Positions 15,883-24,197 of a stretch of 32,000 bases of DNA are shown here, piece after piece. The first letter of the stretch is position 1. Each line of letters begins with the position of its first letter. The DNA lies in assembly GCF_021054785.1 (NCBI RefSeq), contig NZ_CP088239.1:1530001-1562000 (forward strand). Direction: 5' to 3'. The notes beneath the pieces were generated by a model. It was not told the origin of the DNA. It did no database searches and saw nothing but the letters and a program-made list of their open reading frames with translations. Origin of the DNA: Tannockella kyphosi. Lineage in GTDB: Bacteria > Bacillota_I > Bacilli_A > Erysipelotrichales > Coprobacillaceae. Made by a program: the position numbers and the translations under genes.

Positions 15883-16045
15883 ATCATATCTCCATCCATT
15901 ATATAAATTGCACGGTATTCCCACCTTGTTTTCGTTATCTTTAGATTATCAAGATAATCTACGCACATAAAAGTACATATAAATGTTAACATTTATATGT
16001 GTTACATGAATTGCAACACACCCTTTTTTAGTAACAGTTTCAAAT

Positions 16046-16276
16046 TCAATTTATAAATAATTCACTTTCATTTTCCATCAAATCTTCTACTAAATATTTT
16101 GCATCTAAATTTTCTATGCCACACTCATTATTCGATATTTGCTTTGATAATTTGCTGTTGTAATAAACATCCATCGCTTTTCGAATATCTATGTTCTTTT
16201 TTTTTGCAAGAAAAGATATTATATCTTGCTCCAAATTTTGTTTATATATAGAATCTAAAGCTATTTTATTTGTCAT
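16046..16276 (-). CDS. small hypothetical protein (76 aa), third gene of a DUF3791/DUF3990-type module
   Basis: Complete ORF with a GTGAGGT RBS. Its position and size fit the second small partner of DUF3791-DUF3990-DUF3791 trios. The sequence assignment is tentative. Confidence 0.55.
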   Translation of the reverse strand: MTNKIALDSIYKQNLEQDIISFLAKKKNIDIRKAMDVYYNSKLSKQISNNECGIENLDAKYLVEDLMENESELFIN

Positions 16277-16446
16277 ATGATTTTACCTCACTTGATTTTT
16301 TAAATACTAATATTTTATGCACTTTTTTCTTCGACCACAAACCTCTAAAATACATATCAACCGTTTTAAAAACATCATCATCAGCGACATTACCAATGAT
16401 AATATCATATTTTTGGTTACTGCGTACTACCATGATAAACTATCAT
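16266..16446 (-). pseudogene. DUF3990-family gene remnant with a large internal deletion, frameshift and stop
   Basis: An ATGA overlap with the upstream stop gives MIVYHGSTQ then a stop, which is the typical DUF3990 start. One frame over it reads KYDIIIGNVADDDVFKTVDMYFRGLWSKKKVHKILVFKKSSEVKSYDK, the C-terminal D-I-I-x-G-x-V-A-D-D block. Only about 60 codons remain of a family that is normally much longer. Confidence 0.6.
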
Positions 16447-16661
16447 ATACGAACACCTTTCTCCCTTACAAATTCAGTTATATCTTCTACTAAATATTCT
16501 TTCCCTAATGTGTGTAAAGTATCATAACAAGGAATCACATAATCATCAAGAATTCCAGTAGTATTTAATATTTTATATACAGATACAGGTGTCATATTCC
16601 ATGCATCAGCTAAACTATATAAAATAAATATTGAAAATTGTAATTCCTTTTTTTCTGACAT
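16443..16661 (-). CDS. DUF3791-domain protein (72 aa)
   Basis: ..FSIFILYSLADAWNMTPVSVYKILNTTGILDDYVIPCYDTLHTLGKEYLVEDITEFVREKGV matches the DUF3791 pattern. The ATG at 16661 lies 8 nt after GGAAGGGGG. The track start is a TTG. Confidence 0.7.
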   Translation of the reverse strand: MSEKKELQFSIFILYSLADAWNMTPVSVYKILNTTGILDDYVIPCYDTLHTLGKEYLVEDITEFVREKGVRI

Positions 16662-16918
16662 ATGCAATACCCCCTTCCTTTTTTTAAAGTATACACTAAA
16701 AGTAAATGATTTAAAAGTTAACCTGAGTTAAATTTATATTTTATAGTAGTTTTCGAACTGACAATAAATCTCCAACCCTTTTGTTCTAACAATTGTAAAC
16801 AAGAGCCTAGAGGATCACAAATGTTGCTTGGAGAATGATGAGAGTCTAACCTATATAATCCCGAGCGTTTCTCAGTTGAACACTATTGTAGAAAACGTAA
16901 CACTTTGTGCACTAAACC

Positions 16919-16955
16919 CCTAAGGATTAGTTATCAGTTCGATTTTGGTTGGGGT
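16919..16955 (+). repeat. att-like direct repeat, copy C (diverged displaced tRNA-Arg 3' half)
   Basis: cctaaggattagttatcagttcgatt is identical to 2076-2101. The next part, ttggttggggt, compares with ctggtcgggggt in the tRNA. Confidence 0.8.
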
Positions 16956-17215
16956 TAAGAAAAGCTAATGTTTATCCAATTTTTGATATTAACATTCAAT
17001 TTATAGATATTCAAAAACAACAAAGTTTTAGATAAGTTTTACTGACTTCTTTGTTACTCTTTTTGATGAAATCCCTTCTAACAAGATTCTATATCCTGCT
17101 AACAATAAAATTATCTAGTAGTTCAAATTTTGTCTTTCTTTAAGTGTTTTAATCAATAACTCAGCCAATTTAGGTAATTGATGAATAAGATCTAGCAATT
17201 CTTCTAACACCACTT
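16956..17215 (+). repeat. tRNA-distal arm, copy C (homologous to 2110-2440)
   Basis: See the copy A entry. The left arm of the second terminator hairpin is missing here. Confidence 0.75.
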
Positions 17216-17308
17216 TCGATTGGTGTATATTGCACATAATAAGCATTTTCTAAACGTTGAGCATTTTATTTACTTTATTTTAACCAAAAAGTATAATTTC
17301 ATTTTAGT

Positions 17309-17338
17309 TAAAAAAGAAGGAATGTTATCATCCTTCTT
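17309..17338 (-). terminator. intrinsic terminator of the 1539-aa gene
   Basis: Minus strand GAAGGA-tgataacat-TCCTTC followed by TTTTTT. Confidence 0.65.
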
Positions 17339-17351
17339 TTCTTCCAATTAA

Positions 17352-20300
17352 TTAATTCTTATTTTCAATATTTTTTGTTCCTCTAATTATCAATCCTGTA
17401 TTTATTATTAAAATAATAATAAATGGTATAAATGTATGGTTATATAAAACCATATCACCACTAAAGTTCTGTGTAAGTATTAATAATACAATTACTAATA
17501 TTTGTAATATTGTTATTAATTTCTTATTCGTATTCTTTACTTTAACAAAATAATAAATAGTGCTAAGAATTGTAAATATTGCAGTAACCACACTCAATAA
17601 GCACCAATATTCTTTTTCTTGTATAAAACCAAGAAACTCTTGTACATAACTTAATACCTCATCTACAAAGTTATTTTCCTTTGTAGTAGTGCTTTGTGTA
17701 TCTTCATTAGAAGTTTCATTATAAGATCCACTATTACTAGAATTATCTTCTTCTACTCCTTCTGATTCTTCTGTTTCCTCTACTTCTTCTATTTCTTCTT
17801 CTACTTCTTGAGTAGAGTCAGTAGTTACATTTAATGAAGTATTAGTCGATGATTGATTTGTACTAGAAGATGTTGCATTGTTGTTAGTATCACTTTCCTC
17901 TACTACATCATCTACTACCGTATCATCCTCTTCTTCTACCACTACATCATCATCTGTTAATGCATAATCTAATGATGCTACAAGTTCTTCTAACTGCGTA
18001 GCCATGATTTCTATATCTGTATAATATAAATTAATATCTGATTGAGGATTCTCATAATCCGTATCTTCTTGTCTATAAAGATTAGCTTCCTCACTATAAT
18101 CAACATATTCTTGAAGCTCATCCATTGCATCATACTCTATAAATGTGTCTGTCACTTCTGCTAATAGTACATCATAACTAGCTAGTATTTCATCAAAGTA
18201 TGTATAGGTAGACATTTCTTCCAAAGGAATACTTACAGAAGAATAATTCATAAAGCTAGTATAACTACTAAGTTCTACCAACATTGTTTCAGCGCTAATT
18301 TCATTTGCTTCAAAACCACTATATCCTAAACCATATAAAATACTATTACCTGCAAAATTATATTTATTTAATAAACTAGTATCCGTAATATTATTTCTTT
18401 CTATATAAGCTATTGCATCATCTTGATATGTATTATCACTAACCATAAATTCATCTTGACAAGTAATACTATTTTGATTGAAAGTAATATAGTTTCTATC
18501 ATCACTAGAGAATATGTTTGAATAAATATAAATATTCTTAACATCTAAATTTACTACTTGCGTAATCTTCTCTGTATCTATTGCACTTGTTGCAAGATAG
18601 TATTCATCCCCATTTACAAAAGACTGATAGAATAAGATACCTGCATGAGCTGTATCAAAGTTATTAGCAATAGTAAATAAGTTATTATAAACAACTGCAT
18701 CTTCAAAAACAATTTCATCATGAGACAAGTCAGCATATACATACATTAATAATGGAACATTATTAAAATAATTAGATCCTACATATAAATCAGTACCATT
18801 TCTAACCTTAACACCACCTGCACCACCATTTTCCATTCCTTGGAAATAATTACCTACAATATCCAACCCATCATATCCTTTTGCATAAATAATATGATCT
18901 TTTCTATGAGGAGCACTACTATCATTTAATCCATAAATATATTTATCATCTGGTACATCTTCTGGGAATACCACATCTTTTTCTTCTCCCATATCAAAAT
19001 AGTTATTAGATATTAATGTGTTTTCATCTCTTCTAACTAGATTAATTCCTGTAAAGAAGTTTCCATTAGAAACACTAGGATCTATCATTCCACTATCTAT
19101 CAATGCTTGTATCATAGTAATTGTAGTTTCTTCTAACATATTACTTGGATCTAAATCATTTCCTGTACCAAAGTTTGTTAAGTCCCCAAAATAATTACTA
19201 ATAATATCAGTATTAATACTATCGTATAAATAGACTCCTTTTCCAGCATAATCATTCGTTCTAAAGAAGGCATTGCCTTCTACTAGGAAAGAACTGTTTT
19301 CTAAATCTAAATAAGCATTTAGATAAATAGTAGAATCAGTTTCTTCATAAGTACCATTTAAGAATACATTATCAATAAATACTAAATTAACCTTTACACT
19401 TCCTTTAAATCCAAAAGATACATTATCATATACCATTCCCTCACTAGTAAAATTAATAACTGGGAAATGATAATCACTTTCATCACCAATACTCTTTATT
19501 TCTGCAGCTACTGCAGTACTTACTAATATAGATGTTCCTTCACTATTTCCTTTTAAACCAAAATTAGAAAGAGAACTTTGTCCTAATAGTTCTGTTAAAA
19601 CAATTGAATCTTCTATTAAGTATACTCCTTCAGGGAAATACACATCCATTCCATAATTCCCAGCATAAGCAAGTAAGGTTTCTAAGTTTGCTGTATTATC
19701 TACTTTACCAGTATTATCTAAAGTAATATACTCACTACTATCGCTAACTTCATCACCGGGTTGCCACCCTACCGGTACTGTTGTTTGTGTTAATACATTT
19801 AAGTCTTCTTTTTCTAAAAAGTAATTAGTATCATATTGTTCATACAACACTTCTGTATCACTTCCAGTGAAACCAAAAATATCCAAATAATAATCTGATA
19901 ACATCAGACTACTTGCATCACTAGGATACTCTATATAGTCTTTTGCATCACTATCTAAGTCAGTATAAATGAATTGATTCTCTGTATATCTTCCAGGACT
20001 TGCAATTACTCCACCATTAGAATCTAAATCTAATAATTCTAAGTTTACTACTTTTACATAATATCCTGTTTCATTATGAACCATTGTTCCACTAGCATAA
20101 ACAATAGAATCACGATTCATTGTTGCACTACTTAATGTTCTAGATCTAGTAATAAATATACCCCCACTACCATTATCTTGGGTTACTATATCACTTACAT
20201 AAACTACTGCTCCATTTACTGCAATAGCATATCCTTGTCCATTTTTTATGGTTAAATTAGAAAGCATTACTCCTTCTGTATTATATACATCAATAGAATT

Positions 20301-21971
20301 AGTACTATTTCCATCACTATCAACACTTCCACCATTGATAATTGTTAAATCTTCTATTACTACATTGTATTGTTTAATCAATAAAGTACTTCCATTTAAA
20401 TCTAATATTTCACTACCATTAGAAGTAATCGTTACATTTTCTTCAATTAAAATACTTGTTGATTCTTCAGCTTCATTGTAATAATCACTAGAAATACAAA
20501 TATCACCAGTAAGTACTACTTTATTATTAACTCCAGCTACTGCATCTAAGAACTCAGCTTCAGTATCTACTTCTACTACAGTTTGTAAAGAATAACGATA
20601 TAGTGTTACATCACCCATTGATTCATAATAAGTACTAACAGGTGTTGTATAAAACAATTCATCTGCATTATTTGTAATCGTAATCGCATTACTAGCCGCA
20701 TTCTCTACATAAGCATCTGCTTCTACCCCTAAGACAACTAATTTATTTCCTGATACATCAAAACCTGAATTTAAAGTAACATTTGCTCCTATTAATGATT
20801 CATTATCAACACTCGATATTTCTATAAATGAACTTGTGTGATTCTTTCCTACAAATGTAGATCCTACTTTATCATTAATTTGAACATTGGATGCTACTAT
20901 TTTAAGACCCACCGATGCACCATCTTCTCCAGGTACAAAAGATAAGTTATTTAAACTAGCTCCCATATATACATCATTTGTTCCTGTATACCCTTTTACA
21001 TTAAACAAATACAAAGGAATAGTCGTCGTATAATTAACAAAATTAATAGACTCGATATCTGCCGTTAAACTAGTAATATATAAAGTATTCCCATTCATAT
21101 CTAAATCATTACCACCACCATTAATACGAATATTAGTAGTATAGGTGTTTGTTAAACGATTATTGTCATACGTTCCTGTTATTGTAATATCCTTTAGAAT
21201 ATGTATATCTACATTATACTTACTTAAAGCCTCTACAAATTCTGCTTCCGTATCTACTTCACATGTATATAAGTAATAATAATATGTAATATTTTGCGAA
21301 TATGCATAAGGATCCATAAACCCTTTATCGCTAGTTGCACCTGTTACACTACTACTAGCATCCTTATAAATAGAAACTTTTTCATTTTTAAATACATTAC
21401 CAGATTCTACGGATAATGTTCCATTATTGATAATACGAATTGCATTCGTACTGTGACTATCAGTCGTAACACTAGTAATTGTTACAACTGAACCATTTAC
21501 ATCAATTGCACCTGTTGCACTGTTATTTCCTTCAAAAGATAGATTATCTAAAGTGACTTCCTTTGTATTATAAAAAACAAAAGCATAAGCACTATACCCT
21601 TTCATAGTTAGGTTACTAATCGAAATATTCGTATTATTTTTAAATTCAATTTTACCACCACTAAAAGTAATGCTTGTCCCTTCTGTTGCAGTCAGTTCCA
21701 CATAACTTCTTAATACATCTATTGATTCACTCACTTCTATATCAGCAGTAATAGTAATCTTAATAGCAGCATCCGTGGTTTCCAGTGCAGTTTTTAATTC
21801 AGCAAAAGTAGCTACCTCTATGTTAGTCACGACAACATCATCTTGGGCATAAATAGCATTCGTTTGCCAATAGTCATCAATACTATCTACAATAACGCCT
21901 CCATATTGATAAATTCCAAATAGAAAAGAACATCCTACTAATATAACAAATAACTTCTTTAATAAATTCAT
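17352..21971 (-). CDS. giant surface protein (1539 aa): signal/anchor, three tandem beta-helix-like modules, pectate-lyase-3-like beta-helix region, acidic Ser/Thr-rich stalk, C-terminal three-TM anchor
   Basis: AGGAGG RBS. N-terminus MNLLKKLFVILVGCSFLFGIY. Three modules each open with ..ATFAELKTALE.., ..VDTEAEFVEALSK.. and ..VDTEAEFLDAVAG.. NTANLETLLAYAGNYGMDVYFPEGVYLI resembles the start of Pectate_lyase_3/tailspike-type domains. The D/E/S/T/N-rich tract lies at roughly 17690-17960. Three hydrophobic helices occupy the last 110 aa or so. No LPXTG motif was seen. Confidence 0.85.
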   Translation of the reverse strand: MNLLKKLFVILVGCSFLFGIYQYGGVIVDSIDDYWQTNAIYAQDDVVVTNIEVATFAELKTALETTDAAIKITITADIEVSESIDVLRSYVELTATEGTSITFSGGKIEFKNNTNISISNLTMKGYSAYAFVFYNTKEVTLDNLSFEGNNSATGAIDVNGSVVTITSVTTDSHSTNAIRIINNGTLSVESGNVFKNEKVSIYKDASSSVTGATSDKGFMDPYAYSQNITYYYYLYTCEVDTEAEFVEALSKYNVDIHILKDITITGTYDNNRLTNTYTTNIRINGGGNDLDMNGNTLYITSLTADIESINFVNYTTTIPLYLFNVKGYTGTNDVYMGASLNNLSFVPGEDGASVGLKIVASNVQINDKVGSTFVGKNHTSSFIEISSVDNESLIGANVTLNSGFDVSGNKLVVLGVEADAYVENAASNAITITNNADELFYTTPVSTYYESMGDVTLYRYSLQTVVEVDTEAEFLDAVAGVNNKVVLTGDICISSDYYNEAEESTSILIEENVTITSNGSEILDLNGSTLLIKQYNVVIEDLTIINGGSVDSDGNSTNSIDVYNTEGVMLSNLTIKNGQGYAIAVNGAVVYVSDIVTQDNGSGGIFITRSRTLSSATMNRDSIVYASGTMVHNETGYYVKVVNLELLDLDSNGGVIASPGRYTENQFIYTDLDSDAKDYIEYPSDASSLMLSDYYLDIFGFTGSDTEVLYEQYDTNYFLEKEDLNVLTQTTVPVGWQPGDEVSDSSEYITLDNTGKVDNTANLETLLAYAGNYGMDVYFPEGVYLIEDSIVLTELLGQSSLSNFGLKGNSEGTSILVSTAVAAEIKSIGDESDYHFPVINFTSEGMVYDNVSFGFKGSVKVNLVFIDNVFLNGTYEETDSTIYLNAYLDLENSSFLVEGNAFFRTNDYAGKGVYLYDSINTDIISNYFGDLTNFGTGNDLDPSNMLEETTITMIQALIDSGMIDPSVSNGNFFTGINLVRRDENTLISNNYFDMGEEKDVVFPEDVPDDKYIYGLNDSSAPHRKDHIIYAKGYDGLDIVGNYFQGMENGGAGGVKVRNGTDLYVGSNYFNNVPLLMYVYADLSHDEIVFEDAVVYNNLFTIANNFDTAHAGILFYQSFVNGDEYYLATSAIDTEKITQVVNLDVKNIYIYSNIFSSDDRNYITFNQNSITCQDEFMVSDNTYQDDAIAYIERNNITDTSLLNKYNFAGNSILYGLGYSGFEANEISAETMLVELSSYTSFMNYSSVSIPLEEMSTYTYFDEILASYDVLLAEVTDTFIEYDAMDELQEYVDYSEEANLYRQEDTDYENPQSDINLYYTDIEIMATQLEELVASLDYALTDDDVVVEEEDDTVVDDVVEESDTNNNATSSSTNQSSTNTSLNVTTDSTQEVEEEIEEVEETEESEGVEEDNSSNSGSYNETSNEDTQSTTTKENNFVDEVLSYVQEFLGFIQEKEYWCLLSVVTAIFTILSTIYYFVKVKNTNKKLITILQILVIVLLILTQNFSGDMVLYNHTFIPFIIILIINTGLIIRGTKNIENKN

Positions 21972-22132
21972 CCTTTTTTCCTCCTTTCCTTTTTATAATT
22001 ATATTTATTGTCTAATTAAACTATAGCATGCATTGGATGATTTACAAATAAAACAGCTTATTATATAGTAAAAAAGTAAAAATAATAACAAAAATCACAC
22101 ATTGTAAAATACTTTTTAGATGAGTAGACAAT

Positions 22133-22160
22133 AAAAAAAGTTGATGCTTATCATCAACCC
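22133..22160 (-). terminator. intrinsic terminator of the GH gene
   Basis: GTTGATG-ataag-CATCAAC followed by TTTTTTT on the minus strand. Confidence 0.65.
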
Positions 22161-22184
22161 TTTTTCATATTATCTCGCATTTTT

Positions 22185-23225
22185 TTATTCTGGTTTTAAT
22201 TTCAATGGAATACAAACATTAAAACTAGGCCCATCAAATACCCATGGCTCCACTCCATTTGCAGTAGCTGCAAATAAGTGAGTAGGTTTGCCATCTTCAA
22301 ATAATAAATTAGCACGTTCTAAATGACATTGTGTTGTTACAGTTCCATCATCCCATGTTAACACTCTTGTATATGCTTTAGGTGACTTTGCTATTTGCCA
22401 ATGAATGCAATCTTTACTTTCTGCATAAATCCCAGAACCCCATTCACCAGTAATACCTCCACTATCATCTCTATAATCATCCTTCATTAATAAACAAAAA
22501 TGGTCTTTTTCATACCAAAGAAATGGATCTTCTACAAACCAATAAGGATTTTCAAATTGAAAAATAGGATCATCACTAATTCTTTCAAACTTACCATCTG
22601 GTTTATTTGCTACAACAACTCCTAATTGCAAGGGAGATTCACAGCTAGATCTAGATTTATAAATCATATATGTTTTACCACTTGGTAAAATAACAACACT
22701 TGGATTGGTTGTACAAGTACAATCCCAATAACGACAATCTCTAGGTTCTAATAACGGCTCATCTAATTGTTTCCAAGGTCCATATACTGATTTTGATGTA
22801 GCAACACCAATTCTTTTTTTATTCCATATTTCTGTAAATCTCTTTTTAGGAATATCTCCATTTTCACTAGGAATATCTCCACCAAAAGTAGTACCAAAAT
22901 AATATAAGTAATATGTTCCATCATAATACTTTATCGCTGGATTATGTTGATTTCTAGCATCAAAATATTGATGACTTCTTTCTTCAAAAACAAAAGAATG
23001 AAATAAATAAGGACCTTCTGGTGTTTCACTAATAGCGTGTGCTATTTTAGAGCGAAGTAACCAATTGGATCCAAATCCATATTTTTCCTCCCAACATGAT
23101 GCGAATAAATGGTACTTACCATCTTCACCTTTTATTGCACTTGCACACCATACATGGTATCCAGGCATATGATATCCACCATTTCTAGGTACAGTACAAC
23201 AAGCATTTTCAAACGGATTATGCAT
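22185..23225 (-). CDS. cytoplasmic glycoside-hydrolase-like protein, probably a five-bladed beta-propeller (GH43/GH117-like clan)
   Basis: 346 aa with no signal peptide and a GGAGGT RBS. Repeated W/Y-rich blade-like segments (..VWCASAIKGEDGKYHLFAS.., ..NPAIKYYDGTYYLYYFG.., ..NPSVVILPSGKTYMIYK.., ..VEDPFLWYEKDHFCLLM..). The family call comes from pattern memory only. Confidence 0.5.
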   Translation of the reverse strand: MHNPFENACCTVPRNGGYHMPGYHVWCASAIKGEDGKYHLFASCWEEKYGFGSNWLLRSKIAHAISETPEGPYLFHSFVFEERSHQYFDARNQHNPAIKYYDGTYYLYYFGTTFGGDIPSENGDIPKKRFTEIWNKKRIGVATSKSVYGPWKQLDEPLLEPRDCRYWDCTCTTNPSVVILPSGKTYMIYKSRSSCESPLQLGVVVANKPDGKFERISDDPIFQFENPYWFVEDPFLWYEKDHFCLLMKDDYRDDSGGITGEWGSGIYAESKDCIHWQIAKSPKAYTRVLTWDDGTVTTQCHLERANLLFEDGKPTHLFAATANGVEPWVFDGPSFNVCIPLKLKPE

Positions 23226-23364
23226 CTAACCTACCTCCTTTTTTTATTTCATTATACCTTCTTCTAAATATTATAACAAGTTAATGTAGTAACATTTAAT
23301 AAATTATTTTCTCTTAACAAATGATGTTCTATTTCGTATAATAAGATAATAAAGAGGTATTGAT

Positions 23365-24171
23365 ATGAAAAAGAAAAATTTTATCTTATTATTCATTATT
23401 GTTACATTGATTAGTGGTTGTGCAAGCTCATTATATGGAAATAGTGTAGTCTTAGAACAAAACTCAAATGAAACATGTTCTATTGAAAAACTTGATTTCG
23501 ATCTCTTAAAAGAACAACAACTAGAAGAATCATTATCGAATATATTAATTGTAATTGATGCCGGGCATCAATTAGTTGGTAACTCCCAACAAGAGCCTAT
23601 TGGGCCTGGTGCTAGCGAAACAAAAGCAAAAGTATCTTCTGGTACTTCAGGTGTTGCTTCAGGTGTACCTGAATATGAATTAACATTAGAAGTTTCTCTT
23701 AAATTACAAGAATTGTTAGAAGACAAAGGCTATTCTGTATTAATGATTCGTGAAACAAATGATGTTGATATAAGTAATAGTGAACGTGCAATGATCGCTA
23801 ATGACAATAATGCGGATATATTTTTACGCATTCATGCAAACGGATCTACTGATTCATCCGTTACTGGTGCTATGACAATTTGTCCAACTAGTAGCAATCC
23901 TTATTGTAGTGAAATATATGAAGCTAGTTATCTTTTGTCTTCCTTAGTTCTCGATCATTTGGTTGATTCCACTGGTTGTGTAAAAGAGAAGGTTTGGCAA
24001 ACAGATACAATGAGTGGAATCAATTGGTGCCAAGTTCCAGTTACCATTATTGAAATGGGCTATATGAGTAATGTAGAAGAAGACTTACTAATGCAAACAG
24101 ATGCTTATCAACAAAAAATAATTGAAGGAATTGCATCAGGAATTGATGCATACGTAGAAGCATGGTATTAA
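23365..24171 (+). CDS. N-acetylmuramoyl-L-alanine amidase (Amidase_3), lipoprotein
   Basis: Lipobox LISGC. Motifs [16 protein letters not shown] and IIEMGYMSN are typical of the Amidase_3/CwlD-like family. Confidence 0.85.
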   Translation: MKKKNFILLFIIVTLISGCASSLYGNSVVLEQNSNETCSIEKLDFDLLKEQQLEESLSNILIVIDAGHQLVGNSQQEPIGPGASETKAKVSSGTSGVASGVPEYELTLEVSLKLQELLEDKGYSVLMIRETNDVDISNSERAMIANDNNADIFLRIHANGSTDSSVTGAMTICPTSSNPYCSEIYEASYLLSSLVLDHLVDSTGCVKEKVWQTDTMSGINWCQVPVTIIEMGYMSNVEEDLLMQTDAYQQKIIEGIASGIDAYVEAWY

Positions 24172-24197
24172 AAAAGAGACAATTTGTCTCTTTTTTA
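24171..24197. terminator. bidirectional terminator between the convergent amidase and GGDEF genes
   Basis: AAAAAAGAGAC-aattt-GTCTCTTTTTT. Confidence 0.75.

Noticed and set aside
16784-16792. An extra TTCTAACAA motif left of att copy C, as a possible P-arm integrase site
   Set aside because: A single 9-mer in AT-rich DNA may be chance. Only the clustered copies right of the cores are reported.
17115-17246. 43-codon minus-strand ORF (MLIMCNIHQSKVVLEELLDLIHQLPKLAELLIKTLKERQNLNY)
   Set aside because: Its conserved part is only the C-terminal tail shared with 2350-2440. It has no RBS and sits right after a terminator. It is interpreted as a truncated gene stub, not a functional small gene.
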